A stretch of 64,000 nucleotides of DNA from Nemertoderma westbladi (lineage: Eukaryota; Animalia; Xenacoelomorpha). Shown one piece after another: positions 1-12,230 of the stretch. The first letter of the stretch is position 1; every line of letters begins with the position of its first letter. The notes under the pieces are model-generated. The model searched no databases. It saw nothing but the letters and a program-made list of their open reading frames with translations, and was not told the origin of the DNA. The stretch spans positions 62,001 to 126,000 of the forward strand of contig JAUCBJ010004334.1 in NCBI GenBank assembly GCA_032718475.1, given 5' to 3'. The position numbers were made by a program, and so were the translations under genes.

Positions 1-590
1 GGCAACCTGCCTGCCGTTTCTAATAAACCCGTTCAGCTTTGAAACGTCATCCGCCCTTTTCCACTTGTTAATGACTGTTCATTGTCACAGACTTGTTGTG
101 ATATGCTTTTTTTAGCGAATAAACCCGATGTTCCAAATAGTTGGCAATTGTTGTATCTACTGTAATTGTTGAATTGCTGCATCAACCTTCATTGGATTTC
201 AACCAACGTTATGGAGTAATCCTCCAACCATCCAATGCTGACTTAAATTGTCTCCTCTGCTATCTTTTGGAGCTTCACACCACTGCGGGTTTTCATATCG
301 GCATCCCCTGTACGAACACATCCCCTGTACGAACCCATGCCATGTGTAGGCCGTTTTGTAAGTGACACCTAATAGTCCAGGAGACGCCCTTAGTCACCCA
401 ATACAACAACCTTAAAGTAGCGTACGGACGCAATTTTTTTCTTTGAATGATAGTTTGTATTGTCCCAATACGAAATCGAGCGATTTCTGGAATAATTAGT
501 TTGAGCAATTTTTTTTATTAGAATTTTAAGTGTGCACTTTCGCTCAAAGCAACAAGAACTTTGTAAATGCTGTTTTGAGAGCAATTGTGA
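1..590 (-). mobile_element. Decayed Tc1/IS630-like transposase, N-terminal HTH region (runs off the window start)
   Basis: Minus-strand frames joined across frameshifts and stops read GLLGVTYKTAYTW/VRTGD ... WLEDYSITLVEIQ*RLMQQFN/ITVDTTIANYLEHRVYSLKK ... VTMNS ... FIRNGRQV. This resembles the HTH and winged-helix region upstream of the DDE core. The end coordinate is approximate. Confidence 0.5.
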
Positions 591-703
591 TAGAAACTGA
601 TGTTCCAGAATAGTTTTATAGTGTAAGTTTAATAGTAAGCAGTAATTGTCACTGAAAATTAATACTTAAATTATTACGTAAACTTAAATTATTACGTAAA
701 TTA

Positions 704-1321
704 TTGTTCTTGAACAATTCTGTGATATTTCTTATTGAAAAATATTGCGAAAATATGCCATCTCAAAGTGGAAGTGGTGATTGTATCAAAGCTCCTAAAC
801 TGTTGCGATCCAGTGAAAACTTTGATTTTAACAGGAGTTGTATTATTTACGGTGAGAAATATTCCAAGAAATATCCAAAGAATACCGGACGATGGAGAAG
901 AGTAGTTGAGTATCAGACGGTCGAGGTGCAAGATGAACTCCTACGAATATGTAAATTACGAGGGCTTCGAGTAGATGAACTTGCAGGAAAAGTCGAATTT
1001 CGCTTAGGTTCCGTTTGTGGTGATGTCATTACAAGTTGTGCGAAGTTTCAGAATGATTGCTATAAAGCCTTCACTGGTAAAAGGAACTCAATGGCGGCCT
1101 TGATAAAAACTATAGATATAGAAGAAAAAAAAGATGTTAGGGTGGAGAAACAGAGCGAGAAGGCCTTCATAAAAATGGTCGAGAAACTTGAAAAAGACCA
1201 CATTAAAATTTGGGATTCTAGTGAGATATTCGGCATATATACAGTATATCTTCTCTCCATTCATTTGGTACAGAAGAAGACACCGTCACAGCTCTACAAG
1301 GCAGTCAACGCACAAATCTAA
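704..1321 (+). pseudogene. Fragment of a large DNA-transposon protein (tentatively Academ-like N-terminus)
   Basis: 205-aa ORF with CII.GE ... DELAGKVEFRLGSVCGDVITSCAKFQNDCY, a degenerate form of the D(L/V)xAxxAKYHxxCY motif found in invertebrate transposon proteins. The superfamily call is weak. Confidence 0.3.
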
Positions 1322-1584
1322 TCAATAAAATTCAAGCTCATTTTGGTGATAAGATTTTTGTACTGCATGCAGAAGGCGTGCAAGTGTTATTTGTTTTAAA
1401 ACAAGGCTTCAATTTCCAATGAAAGCAGTTTTTTCGTCCCTCAACCAATAATATTAACAGTAATATTAACTCCTTAGTCCAAAAAATACCACGATAAGTT
1501 TCGTATGGTAATATTGAGTAATAAAGAGTCAATTTGCATTTCACAATCAATCCCTTATTGCGAAAATATATAATCAAACTACAC

Positions 1585-1886
1585 TAGCCGATCGCCTCAA
1601 TGGTTGGAAGGCCCACTTTGAAAAGCTCCTCAATAATGACAGGGTATTGCCTGATAACTTTATAGAAGTAAAAGTGTCTTAGTCTGTACTCCCAGATATT
1701 CCCATTGGTGATATCTCCTTTGCAGAAGTGAAGGCTGCTGCAAAGTGCATTAAGAGCAATCATGCCAGTGGAGTAGATGGTGTTCCCCCTGAGGTCTTTA
1801 AAATACCTAGAAGGATAATTGAAGAGCTATCAAAAAAGAAAGACAGGCATCTGGCTGTTATCTTTGTTGACTTCTTCAAGGCCTTT
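1585..1886 (+). mobile_element. RTE LINE fragment with internal deletion (same family as 10382-11952)
   Basis: Near-identical to 10381-10459 joined directly to 10735-10813 (GVDGVPPEVFKIP|RRIIEELSKKKDRHLAVIFVDFFKAF), so about 275 bp are missing. Preceded by linker sequence LADRLNGWKAHFEKLLN. Confidence 0.9.
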
Positions 1887-3214
1887 TATTTCCAACGTCT
1901 GGAGTGTGCTTAGTATGCATATATGTAGTTTCCCTCTTAAGTCGTTTCTTTGATGTTGGTGTAAGATGTCCATCAGCCAGGCTTTTGCCTAGCTCATAGG
2001 TTTTAGTTGCTTGAAGATATCCTCTCGTAAGTCTAACAATGATAGAAATGTCTTTTGTGAGAGTTCATCTATTGCAATGGCCCTAGGTTTATGGATTATT
2101 TTGTTTAGAAATTGTGATTTTGTTGTAGTTGGGTTTGAGGCTGGAGTTGGTACCTCAATATAATCTCGTTCAACCAGGCTCGCATGGTAGAGCTGTGGGA
2201 GTGGCTTGGGTGTAACATTGTCAATCCACTTGCTAGTGCTAGGCTGTAGAGGCAAGAGAATGCACTGCAGTCATAATTATTGCTTTATCCAGGAAAAGTG
2301 TTAAAGTGGTTGACATTCTAGGTAGGTTGACAAACATTAACCTTGTCAATTGTGTTGAGTAGACTACAGATCCTGTGAGTGGTATTGCAAGCTGGCATGA
2401 GTTGTTGGGATGACAAGCTGCAGAGTGTGTAGACTGATTTATGTTGAAGGTTTGCAACATGGAGTACAAAATGGGATGCATGGCACTCAGGGAAAAAGAT
2501 AGTCGATGTTGATGATATATCACAGGATGCTGTAATATATTTAACAGTACTTACTATATCAAATGATTTTTGATGTAGTTTGATACTTAAAGCAGAATCA
2601 ATACTTGCTGTACGTGGTATATTATGAATTGCAATAATGGATACGAATGAGTTTACTATCATAGTGCTAAACAGTTCATTTGAGTTGAAGTAATTCCAGT
2701 CGGGATCTCCAGGTTTAAGCAATACCAAAGGTTTGGTTTTTGTCCTTATTAGAGCTGCTTTGCATACATCAGGGCCATCGTAGCCAATTGTGACACAGTC
2801 AAACATATCAAAAAGTTACATTCTCGTCAATTGGATTAGTTGGTTTTGATGCTCTTACAACCCAGGTATTGTCATCAGTTTAATCTTCAACAGTAATAAT
2901 CTCAATGTCTTTTCCAATTTGACTGATTATGGGATCATTCGCAGGGTTTACCTTGGTTTGTCTGGGTATATTTGAAGTTTGATTAAAAGTGTGGTGTGTG
3001 GGGAAGTGATGCTGTGGTGTTTGTGGTGTGTGTGCAGATGGGTAGATGTTAGAAATGTCTGAAGTATTGTTTCCTAAGTATTTTTTTTGTAATGCATTTG
3101 GCAGATTTTGAGTTAGGTTATTTACATTAGTTGAGTAGTCATCTCACCCTGATTAGCATTAATATCAGTTTTCAAATCCCCTACAACCCATCATAACACC
3201 CTGATACCCCCAAC

Positions 3215-4297
3215 ACCCAATCGATACCCCCACCCCAGGAACATTCGCAATCGACAGACCCACCCTGGGTCCACTAGCAATCGACAGATCCGCCCCTGGT
3301 CCATTCGCAATCAATACAACTGCCCCAGGGCCATTCGCATCGATACACCCTCCCCAGGTCCGTTCACCCAGGTCAGGAACCACTCGTCATAGATAAACCC
3401 GTTCCAGATCCACTCGTCGTAGATAAACTCATTCCGGATCCACTCATTGTAGATAAACCCATTCCAGATCCACTCATTGTAGATAAACCCATTCCATATA
3501 CACTCATTGTAGATAAACCCATACCAGATCCACATATAGATAAACCCATTCCGGATCCACTCGTTGTAGATAAACCCATTCTGGATCTACTCATCATTGA
3601 TAAACCCATTCCAGATCCACTCGTCATAGATAAACCCATTCTGGATCCACTTTTCGTAGATAAACCTGTTCCAGATCCACTTGTCATAGATAAACCCGTT
3701 CTGGATCCATTCATCATAGATAAATCATAGATAAACCCGTTCTGGATCCATTCATCATAGATAAACCCATCCTGTATCTACTCATTGTAGATAAACCCGT
3801 TCCAGATCCACTTGTCGTAGATAAACACGTTCAGGACCCACTCGTCATAGATAAACCTGTCCTGGATCTACTCGTCTTAGATAAACCGGTTCCAGATCCA
3901 CTCATCATCGATGAACCCATTCCGGATACACTCATCGTAGATAAACCCATTCTGGATCCACTCGTCGTAGATAAACTTGTTTCAGATCCACTCATTGTAA
4001 ATAAACCTGTTCTGGATCCACTTGCCATAGATAAACCCATTCTGGATCCAATCATCATAGATAAACCCATTCTGGATCCACTCGCTGTAGATAAACCTGT
4101 TCCGGATCCACTCATAAATAAACCTATTCCGGATCTACTCATCATGGATAAACCCGTATTGCACCAACTCGCCATCAATAAACCCATTTTGAGTCCACTC
4201 ACAGTCGATAAACCTGTTTCGATTCTACTTGCAGTCAGTCGATAGACTCATTTCGAGTCGACTCGTTGTCAACAAGCTCATCTGCCCGGGTCCACTC
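3215..4297. repeat. 30-bp minisatellite (GATAAACCCATTCCAGATCCACTCATTGTA consensus), roughly 35 units
   Basis: Clear 30-bp period with some 27-bp variants and a 41-bp duplication at about 3685-3766. Units are more diverged at both ends. The minus strand reads (SGSGMGLSTM)n. Confidence 0.95.
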
Positions 4298-5703
4298 TAG
4301 TGTTGAGAACTGAATCAATTTTGACTAATTTCAGTTACAGTTACAGTTTCAGTATTCAAAGTTTTGCATTTCAGTTACAGTTTCAGTATTACAAAGTGTA
4401 ACATTTCAGTTACAGTTTCAGTATTACAAAATTGAGCATTTCAGTTTCAGTTACAGTTTTGATCGTGATAAAATTCAGTTATAGTTTCAGTTATAGATTC
4501 AATATATATGATCTCACGTAGTAAGCAGTCATTGAATTAATGTAGTCTCATCGGGGCGGGGTGCAGTGCAGTCACTTGCCCAATGAGTCACTTGCCCAAA
4601 AAAATAAAACGAATCACTTGCCAAATAAAAAAAAGAAATCTGAAACTAAAAATGAGGCACTTTAATATATTACTGTAATATACGCTAATAATAATGTTCA
4701 TTACGAAACGTCCTCTTTCTAGAGCTAATAGGTAGTTGTTGCAGGAAAGTTGGACACACTCTATGGTAATATTTTGTAACTAATATACTGATAGTATGTA
4801 TTGAAAGTGGCGCTCACAAGATCACACCAAAGGCATCCACATTTTACTGTACATCCTGTTTCAGTGCTTGTACAGTACTGTTATCATTTATTGTTTTGGA
4901 TATAAAAGCCATGCTTCTGAATCCTGCTCATTTTCCTTAATTCGTAATTTGTTTTAGTAATCATATAGTTATTGTTTTGGTTAGACCCACCTCGATAAGC
5001 TGCTCCTTTCACTTTTAAGTTTAACTTTGTAATTTATAATGGTAAACTTGATCAAAATTTAATTTCCAGTGTGCCTCTAGTGTGATTGTGATATTAATAG
5101 TACCGGTAACATTAATAATTCATAATGTAAAATATATATCCGTTAATATCCCTCTACCATTAGGCCTAACTTTTCTTTGTTTATCTAAAACATTTACATT
5201 TAATATGAAGCATAAGTCTGATAATAGTCTAATAGTTGAAACAGACTATATGTTACTGTAGATCTTCGTTCACTACTTGACTCGCCAAATAAATCACATT
5301 TGAGCTAAGTGGACAATGGGTCATTTTTTTATTGTGTAATATTATGGTTTTGTTCAGAAGTGGAAAAAATGAGATTCTTTTATATAACAATGTTTTAAAA
5401 ATGATACCTATGGTAACCACAGTTATTCATTTATTAAACTATACTCTATACTTTATTACAATACTGTTTTAAATGCTCATTTATGTTAATTGTGTGATTG
5501 AGAACTGAATCGGATTTTGTTAATTACAGTTTCAGTTACAGTTACAGTATTCAAAATTCGTAATTACAGTTTCAGTTACAGTTACAAGTATTCAAAATTC
5601 GCAATTACAGTTACAGTTATAGTTACAGTATCAAAAAAATCATCAAAATCATTCAGTTACAGTTGCAGTTACAGTATAATTACAGTTACAGTTCTCAACA
5701 CTA
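4298..5703. mobile_element. Non-autonomous hAT DNA transposon (1406 bp)
   Basis: Perfect 15-bp TIR TAGTGTTGAGAACTG...CAGTTCTCAACACTA. Exact 8-bp TSD GTCCACTC at 4290-4297 and 5704-5711. Subterminal CAGTT(A/T) arrays. No ORF. Confidence 0.92.
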
Positions 5704-5954
5704 GTCCACTCATCATAGATGATTCCTGACCGCATTCGGCAGTCACTGTGTGAACCATGTCAGGGTTGGCTACCACAGGGAAAGCTGCTCCAGCTCTATT
5801 TGCTTTTGAGAACGCCGCCAATGGTGTCCCCTCTGGCATGCCCATAGACAAATCTGGTGTGTCACTACGGAAGCCCAGAAGGGCCATGTTGAGCACACAC
5901 AAAATATTAGAAATGATTGCATATTTTTTGTGTTCGTGTGACAGTAAATTTAAA

Positions 5955-6480
5955 GTGTGTGTGCGTGACAGTTAGAACACTTATGTTGTGTGCGTGTATG
6001 AAATTGGAGAGAAATTTGAAATGGTGATTTCTTGTGTGTGTGTGATGGAATATTTATTGTGTGCTTGCGACAGATAGAACCACTTATATTGTATGTGTGT
6101 GTGAAATTGGAAGGAAATTTGAAATGGTGATTTCTTGTGTGTGTGCGATGGAATATGTCTTGTGTGCGTGCTGTACTGCAACCATTGCAGAATTGAACAA
6201 TAGTCTGACAGTGACAGTGCTATAGTTAAAACTATGGGTGTCTGTTAGAAGTTAGTGCTCAGCTGTCAGGCTGTAGCCAGTATCATAGTGTATAATTTTA
6301 GGCCTACCCAACACATTGACTACAAAAAGTTGCACGCGCACACAATAAATATTCCATCGCACACACACCCCAAATCACCATTTCAAATTTCCCTCCAATT
6401 TCACACACACACAACATAAGTGGTTCTAACTGTCGCGTGCACACAAGAAATATTCTGTTGCACACACACAAGAAATCACA
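5955..6480. repeat. About 104-bp TG-rich tandem units plus an inverted copy
   Basis: GAAATTTGAAATGGTGATTTCTTGTGTG occurs near 6011 and 6114. A reverse-complement copy of the unit lies at about 6331-6480. Confidence 0.8.
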
Positions 6481-9013
6481 GATTATCATTCTCGAGTTTT
6501 AGTTCGGAGTATTTCTACTTCTATCAGCAAGTTGGATATTTTTACAGTATCTTTACGTATTGATCTATTTTTGGTACGTAGTTCGGCGAGGTTATCCTGA
6601 ATAGATTTCAGCGACTCTAGAATTGTGTCACCTACATCCTTCCAAGCCGTTTTGCCAGTCATTATACTGCTGTACTGTTATACAGTTCAGTAGTTATTGC
6701 TGTATTGGTTTGCTGGCGAGAGGAGAGGGCTTAGTGCAGTAAGGAGAGGGTTAGAGTTTGGGGTTGATCATATGTCTAGTAGTCTACCGGCTGATCAGTA
6801 GGTTATACTTATAGATGGTTGGTATACCGGTATATGGTAAATGCTGAATGTCAGACAGTCATACAGTGATAGGTGTACTAGCTATCCATTATTCAATATC
6901 CATTATCAATCCAAATTCAATATAAATAACTAAATATCCAAATTCAATATCCAGGATCAACCCATGATTCATTTATACTGCGCTAAGCAACATATGTGAT
7001 GAATTTGAGGGTGGTAGATTGGAGGGATCATACTTGGTGATACTGGATATCCCTGTCATGCCATAGGAACCCAGTAATGCAGGCGGGGCGAAAGTTTAAC
7101 AAGTCATTATGCACAACTCGAGTTCGGGTTGAGCAACACATAGGGCAGCTAAAATGGAAATTCGCATTATGAAAAATTACAATTCGATTGTCATCAATGG
7201 ACAAGCTTTTAGGACAACATTTACCCAGCTGATGAGCTGTCGGAGATTTAGCAGCATACTGTGGTCTTCAGACACTGAAACGCAACCATATTTTTGATAA
7301 ATTAATTATTTTTTGCTTTTGCTCTATTTCTTTTTTGCGGCGGCAAAATGCCATATATTTTCTTACATAATATAGGCTTAGTTATGTGCAGTAAACTACA
7401 ACCGGTATCATTTAGTGTAAGATGGGTAGGATTAAGGGTAGGTTTTTGAAACACACCTGTGTGTTGAGCAGTTTATTATGTTTGATTTTTTGTTTTTGTT
7501 TATTTTATATTTTATGTTTGTTTGATTTTGATGGCCCTAGTGGCTTTGTACTAATTTTGGGCTAAATGTCCTGATTCTATATATTTTTTTGTAGTTTGTG
7601 GGGTGTAAGTCTCTGATAAAACCTTTGCTATATATAGTGATCAATCAATGGACAAGGTCTGTCATGTCGTTTGTACATGTGCGATTTTGTTCAACACGCG
7701 AAACGTAAGGAGTTGCCAGATTTCGAAGATAGACAGTGGCACAAGTGAAGCCACCAGAAGAATCGTTTAGCTGTAATCTATCTAAATGGACTAACCGAGG
7801 TACCATATTGTCCAGACGGTTTTCAACAATGCAAATAGTGAAGATTAACTGTAAAATATCCACACTGATGTGATGGATCGGATCTGATCTAATTAACTGT
7901 TAACTCAATGCTGCAAAATTTAATATTGTAAACTCATTACTGTAAAATTCAATAATGTAAACTCAATACTGTAAAATTCATTACTATAGCATGTCTATTG
8001 AACAAAGAAATTATTAGCAAGTATTATTAGAATTATTAGTTTGAATTATTAAACAGTATATTAGATAGTTTATATAACATAAAATACCATAAAATATTTT
8101 TTAACAAGTATTATTATCACGATCGCTGACTTTGAAAACCATTATACCTTCAAAATTGTAATTTTTCATCCATGATCTAAAAAAATTATAAAATGACCCC
8201 CCCCCCTCCCTTCCCCCAGCCAATAACGTAGGAAAAATAGCCCAGTCCAGATAGGGTTAAACAGTTTAAAGGAAACAGCGGCAATTTTGTTGTCTTATTT
8301 TAATATCCTCCTCACAGCTTTCAACTAGATTCCAGAATCCTTATTATATGTATACTCCAAATCATTTGGAGTCTTAATCACACTCTTAATCATTTCATAC
8401 ATTCAGCTCAATGGAAGCCAAGATATCAAGTGAATTGAAAGATAAACTGACAGTCTACAATCATCAATAACTGGGTGTAGTTCCAAGCAGCTGTATAATG
8501 GTGTTGTGATACTTATTTATGACTTTCTCACCTTTTAACCATTGTGATTGAAAGATTGGCTGTAATCCAGAAGTATTTACCCCTCTTTGTGTTGATACTA
8601 CATTCAATTGTGGTGTCTTTTGGGTAACCACAACTTCGGTTAAGGAATTTATGTGGGGCGAGCAACATATATTATATATTTATTTCTTTATTTACGGTAA
8701 AACTCACAATAATACAATTATAGTGAGGCAGCACAGTACGATAATATACCAGCTGATAATTGAAGACCGTAAATAGCGTCAGGATTCAGTTCAGCAGGGG
8801 CTGGTCTATTGTACACTCCTACAGTAGCTACAAGTACTATAAAATAAATACAACATACAATACAATCCTATATGTAGCTAGAATACAGTAATGTACCGTA
8901 CCAAATATTCAGAATATAGCACAATAATGTTAGTTGACGCTTCAATAAACTATCTTACACTGGGTGAAAATTAAAAGTGAGACAAAGTTCCCGTGCAGCG
9001 TTGTTTTAATTAA

Positions 9014-10111
9014 TTATGTGATTTCATCATAGCGCATGTGTAGTTCGCAATACTTTTTCTTTGTTGTTGTGTAGTATTCCTTATGAGATTGAATTTGTTT
9101 CAGTTTGATATCAGTTGAGTTCCATAATTTGATAAGTGAAATTAATAAACTGTTGTGTCCGTAGCTGTTATAGGTCCTTGGTATTTTTATATTTTTGGTA
9201 CGAGCATTTAGTAGTTGTGGGTCTGTGTGTATATTATTTAGAAATGGTAGTGTTAAGGATTGAAATGGAATAGATAGATTGTGTATATATTTAAATAAAA
9301 AGTTGAGTCCATTGAATTCACGCAATGAGTGTAGATTCGGCAATTTAGCAAGTTGTCGTAGTTCGGTCCCAGTACTGTCTCTTATTTGCCTCCCAAATAC
9401 TAGTCGTAGTGCGTAATTCTGTTGTTTTTCAAGATCGTACAGTAACTGCTTGTATCCGTGCAGGTCATTTAATGGTATTAGCAATTGTGAACAGTAGTTG
9501 TGAAAGGGAAGTACAGTAGCCTTATATATATTTAGCTTAGTCTTGCTTGGAAGCTGGCCTTTTATTCGTCGTAGGCAAGATATGGCTAGCGCCATTTTAT
9601 GTGAAGCCTTTTTTATCTGTTCTTTCCAATTAAGTTGATTGTCCAAAATTACTCCTAGATATTTAAATATTGTACATTGTTCTATTTTACATGTTGCTGT
9701 ATCAAGGGTGATTGTATTTACATTGTCATTTCGTTGTTTTGGTGATATTAGTATAAATTTAGTTTTACCTGTATTTAACATGAGCTGATTTTTTGTCAAT
9801 TCCTTTTCTACTGCGGTTATTTGCTCTGAGAGAATTTTAGTTGTAGTTTGTGGGTCTGAATGGGTGTAAAATATCAATGTGTCATCGGCGTATTGTACTA
9901 GGTCTAGATCTTTTAGTAGTGCAATATCGTTAGCGTATAGTAGGTACAAAAGCGGCCCTAGCTGTGTTCCCTGTGGTACCCCCCTGTTAATTTTGACCCA
10001 TTCCGAAAAAACATTATTCATCTTTACTTTTTGTTTTCTGTCGGTTAAGTAACTATTTAGTAATCGAATCGATGTACTGTGAAACCCCAATCTAGTTAAT
10101 TTTTCAAGCAA
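9014..10111 (-). pseudogene. LINE ORF2 fragment: RT C-half and C-terminus
   Basis: 365 aa with GVPQGTQLGPLL, YADD and FKYLGV. Upstream RT motifs (QFGFR, DLAKAFN) are in frameshifted sequence at 10110-10380. Confidence 0.9.
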
Positions 10112-10381
10112 TATTTTATGATTAATGGAATTAAATGCTTTCGCTAAGTCTAGAGCTGCAACTGCGACATATTTATTTTTGTCTAATGATGATCGCCAGG
10201 TTTCTGTTGTGTATATTAATGCATCAGTAGTAGAATACGTTTTCTAAATCCAAATTGCCTATGATTAATTATTTTCTCGTCTGTAACGTAATTAAGCATT
10301 TGGTTCAGTATCACAGTTTCACATATTTTACTGAAGGTAGATATAACTGAAATCGGCCTGTAGTTAGTAGGTTCCAGTCTG

Positions 10382-11952
10382 AAGGCTGCTGCAAAGAGCA
10401 TTAAGACCAATCGTGCCAGTGGAGTAGATGGTGTTCCCCCTGAGGTCTTTAAAATACCTGAGTGTTTAAAGCTCATCTATCCCATCATAGTAGACATGTA
10501 CCGTACAACAAGAGTCCCACAAGAAATGAAAACAAATAAGTTGGTGCCAGTTCCCAAGAAGGGCAACCTAACACTCTATGGTTCTTTTCGGGGAATCTCA
10601 TTGATCTCGATTGCTGCAAAACTATACAATAGAATTCTATTAAATCGCATCAGGGATCCCATTGAGAGACTGCTGCGTGGAAATCAGAATGGGTTCCGTA
10701 AAGGTCGTGGGACCATGGAGCCCATTTTGGCACTTAGAAGGATAATTGAAGAGTTATCAAAAAAGAAAGACAGGCATCTGGCTGTTATCTTTGTTGACTT
10801 CTTCAAGGCCTTTGATTCAGTCTCTCGCTCACGTATGTTCAGCATACTTTCATTATATGGTATTCCTGATGAAATTATTGCAGCAATCAGATCAGTATAC
10901 GATGGTTCGACAACATTTGTGTCTACTGTTGACGGTGACACAGAACCATTTGAAGTGTTATGGGGCGTCCTCCAAGGAGACACACTTGCACCATTCTTGT
11001 TCATTATTGTGGTTGACTATGTTCTACGCATGTCCTTAGATCATCATAATGATGATGGGGTGATGATAACTCCACCTACTGGTTCCAGAAGTCGAGGAAA
11101 TCCTGCCAAGTACCTAACTGATCTAGACTTTGCTGATGACTTAGGAGTACTCTCAGAATCATTAGAGGGAGCCCAGCGGCTCCTCAGCTCATTAGAACAT
11201 GCTGCTTCTAGTGTTGGTCTTTTTATTAACTCCAGAAAGACCAAAATTCTGACAGTTAACTTTGAAAGTCCTCAGCAAGTCTCTGATCGGATGAGCATAA
11301 GCTCAAAGGATGGTATGCTTGAGCATGTGGACGACTTCTGTTACCTGGGATCATGGATCCGTAAGTCAGGTGAGGACCTTCGAATACGTAAGGGAAAGGC
11401 ATGGGCAGCCTTGAATAGGCTTTCCAGGATTTGGAAGTCACCTAGAATTAATCGGAAACTTAAGGTCCGATTATTTAGAGCAGCAGTAGTTCCAGTACTC
11501 CTCTACGGGAGTCCATGCTGGGCTCTAACTGCTGAGGACACCAAATCTCTGGATGGCACATTCACAAGAATGCTACGCCGGGTACATTGTGTCAAGTACA
11601 ATGCACACATCTCCAACCAGACACTATATAACATTGGAGGTGTCTCATTGGTTCCCCCAAGCTTGACACTAGAACAAAATCGCCTCCGCTTTGCAGGACA
11701 TTGCTTTCGCCGTAAGGACCAGCCAGTGCATAATCTTGTACTTTGGCAGCCTCATGGAGTGAATAAGCATGGTGGACAGCCCATGACTTTCTTGAGACGC
11801 ATCTTAAAGGACACTGGCCTTAAAGATGCGGATGATCTAGCAAATGTCATGGGTGATAGGGAGTTGTGGCGGTACAATTTTGTTGACAAGCCGGCACAGC
11901 ATTCTTAAAAATGCAGCTGCAATGCAGCATGCCGATCCTAGTAGTAGTAGTA
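10382..11952 (+). mobile_element. 5'-truncated RTE-clade LINE with (TAG)n tail
   Basis: TSD of about 25-27 bp, GGCCTGTAGTTAGTAGGTTCCAGTCTG, at 10355-10381 and 11953-11979. Uninterrupted RT frame. Short 3' UTR ending (TAG)5. Confidence 0.95.
10496..11908 (+). CDS. RTE reverse transcriptase (ORF 3' part, endonuclease missing)
   Basis: FRGISL, QNGFR, DFFKAFDSV, GVLQGDTLAP, DFADD, YLGS and RLRFAGHCFR motifs. Confidence 0.92.
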   Translation: MYRTTRVPQEMKTNKLVPVPKKGNLTLYGSFRGISLISIAAKLYNRILLNRIRDPIERLLRGNQNGFRKGRGTMEPILALRRIIEELSKKKDRHLAVIFVDFFKAFDSVSRSRMFSILSLYGIPDEIIAAIRSVYDGSTTFVSTVDGDTEPFEVLWGVLQGDTLAPFLFIIVVDYVLRMSLDHHNDDGVMITPPTGSRSRGNPAKYLTDLDFADDLGVLSESLEGAQRLLSSLEHAASSVGLFINSRKTKILTVNFESPQQVSDRMSISSKDGMLEHVDDFCYLGSWIRKSGEDLRIRKGKAWAALNRLSRIWKSPRINRKLKVRLFRAAVVPVLLYGSPCWALTAEDTKSLDGTFTRMLRRVHCVKYNAHISNQTLYNIGGVSLVPPSLTLEQNRLRFAGHCFRRKDQPVHNLVLWQPHGVNKHGGQPMTFLRRILKDTGLKDADDLANVMGDRELWRYNFVDKPAQHS

Positions 11953-12097
11953 GGCCTGTAGTTAGTAGGTTCCAGTCTGTCTCCGTCTTTAAATACAGGT
12001 GTAACATATGCGGCTTTTAATTTATCAGGAAAAGTAGATGTTGTGAGGCATTTATTTATTATTGATGTAAATGGAAATATAATTTTTGATCTCGCTA

Positions 12098-12230
12098 ATT
12101 TAATTATACGTGGTGGTAAGTTAGACGGTCCGTTTGGTTTATTTAATTATACGTGGTGGTAAGTTAGACGGCCCGTTTGGTTTATTTAATTATACGTGGT
12201 GGTAAGTTAGAAGGCCCGTTTGGTTTATTT
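12098..12230. repeat. 43-bp tandem triplication inside LINE ORF2
   Basis: ATTTAATTATACGTGGTGGTAAGTTAGACGG(T/C)CCGTTTGGTTT starting at 12098, 12141 and 12184. Confidence 0.95.

Larger units (their letters stand above)
1990..5890 (-). pseudogene. Decayed ORF of unknown product containing a Ser/Gly/Met decamer repeat, interrupted by a hAT element
   Basis: ORF 5669-5902 continues in frame across the removed hAT insertion into the repeat ORFs 3831-4202, 3373-3717 and 3165-3383 once small duplications and stops are corrected. Further minus-strand ORF pieces lie at 2318-2806 and 1989-2255. Confidence 0.45.

Noticed and set aside
7228-7283. Hammerhead ribozyme core (CTGATGAG...GAAAC)
   Set aside because: The stems needed to close the core could not be formed convincingly.
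8195-8240. piggyBac-like right end (...CCAGATAGGG|TTAA)
   Set aside because: No matching left TIR was found in the window, and one end alone is insufficient.
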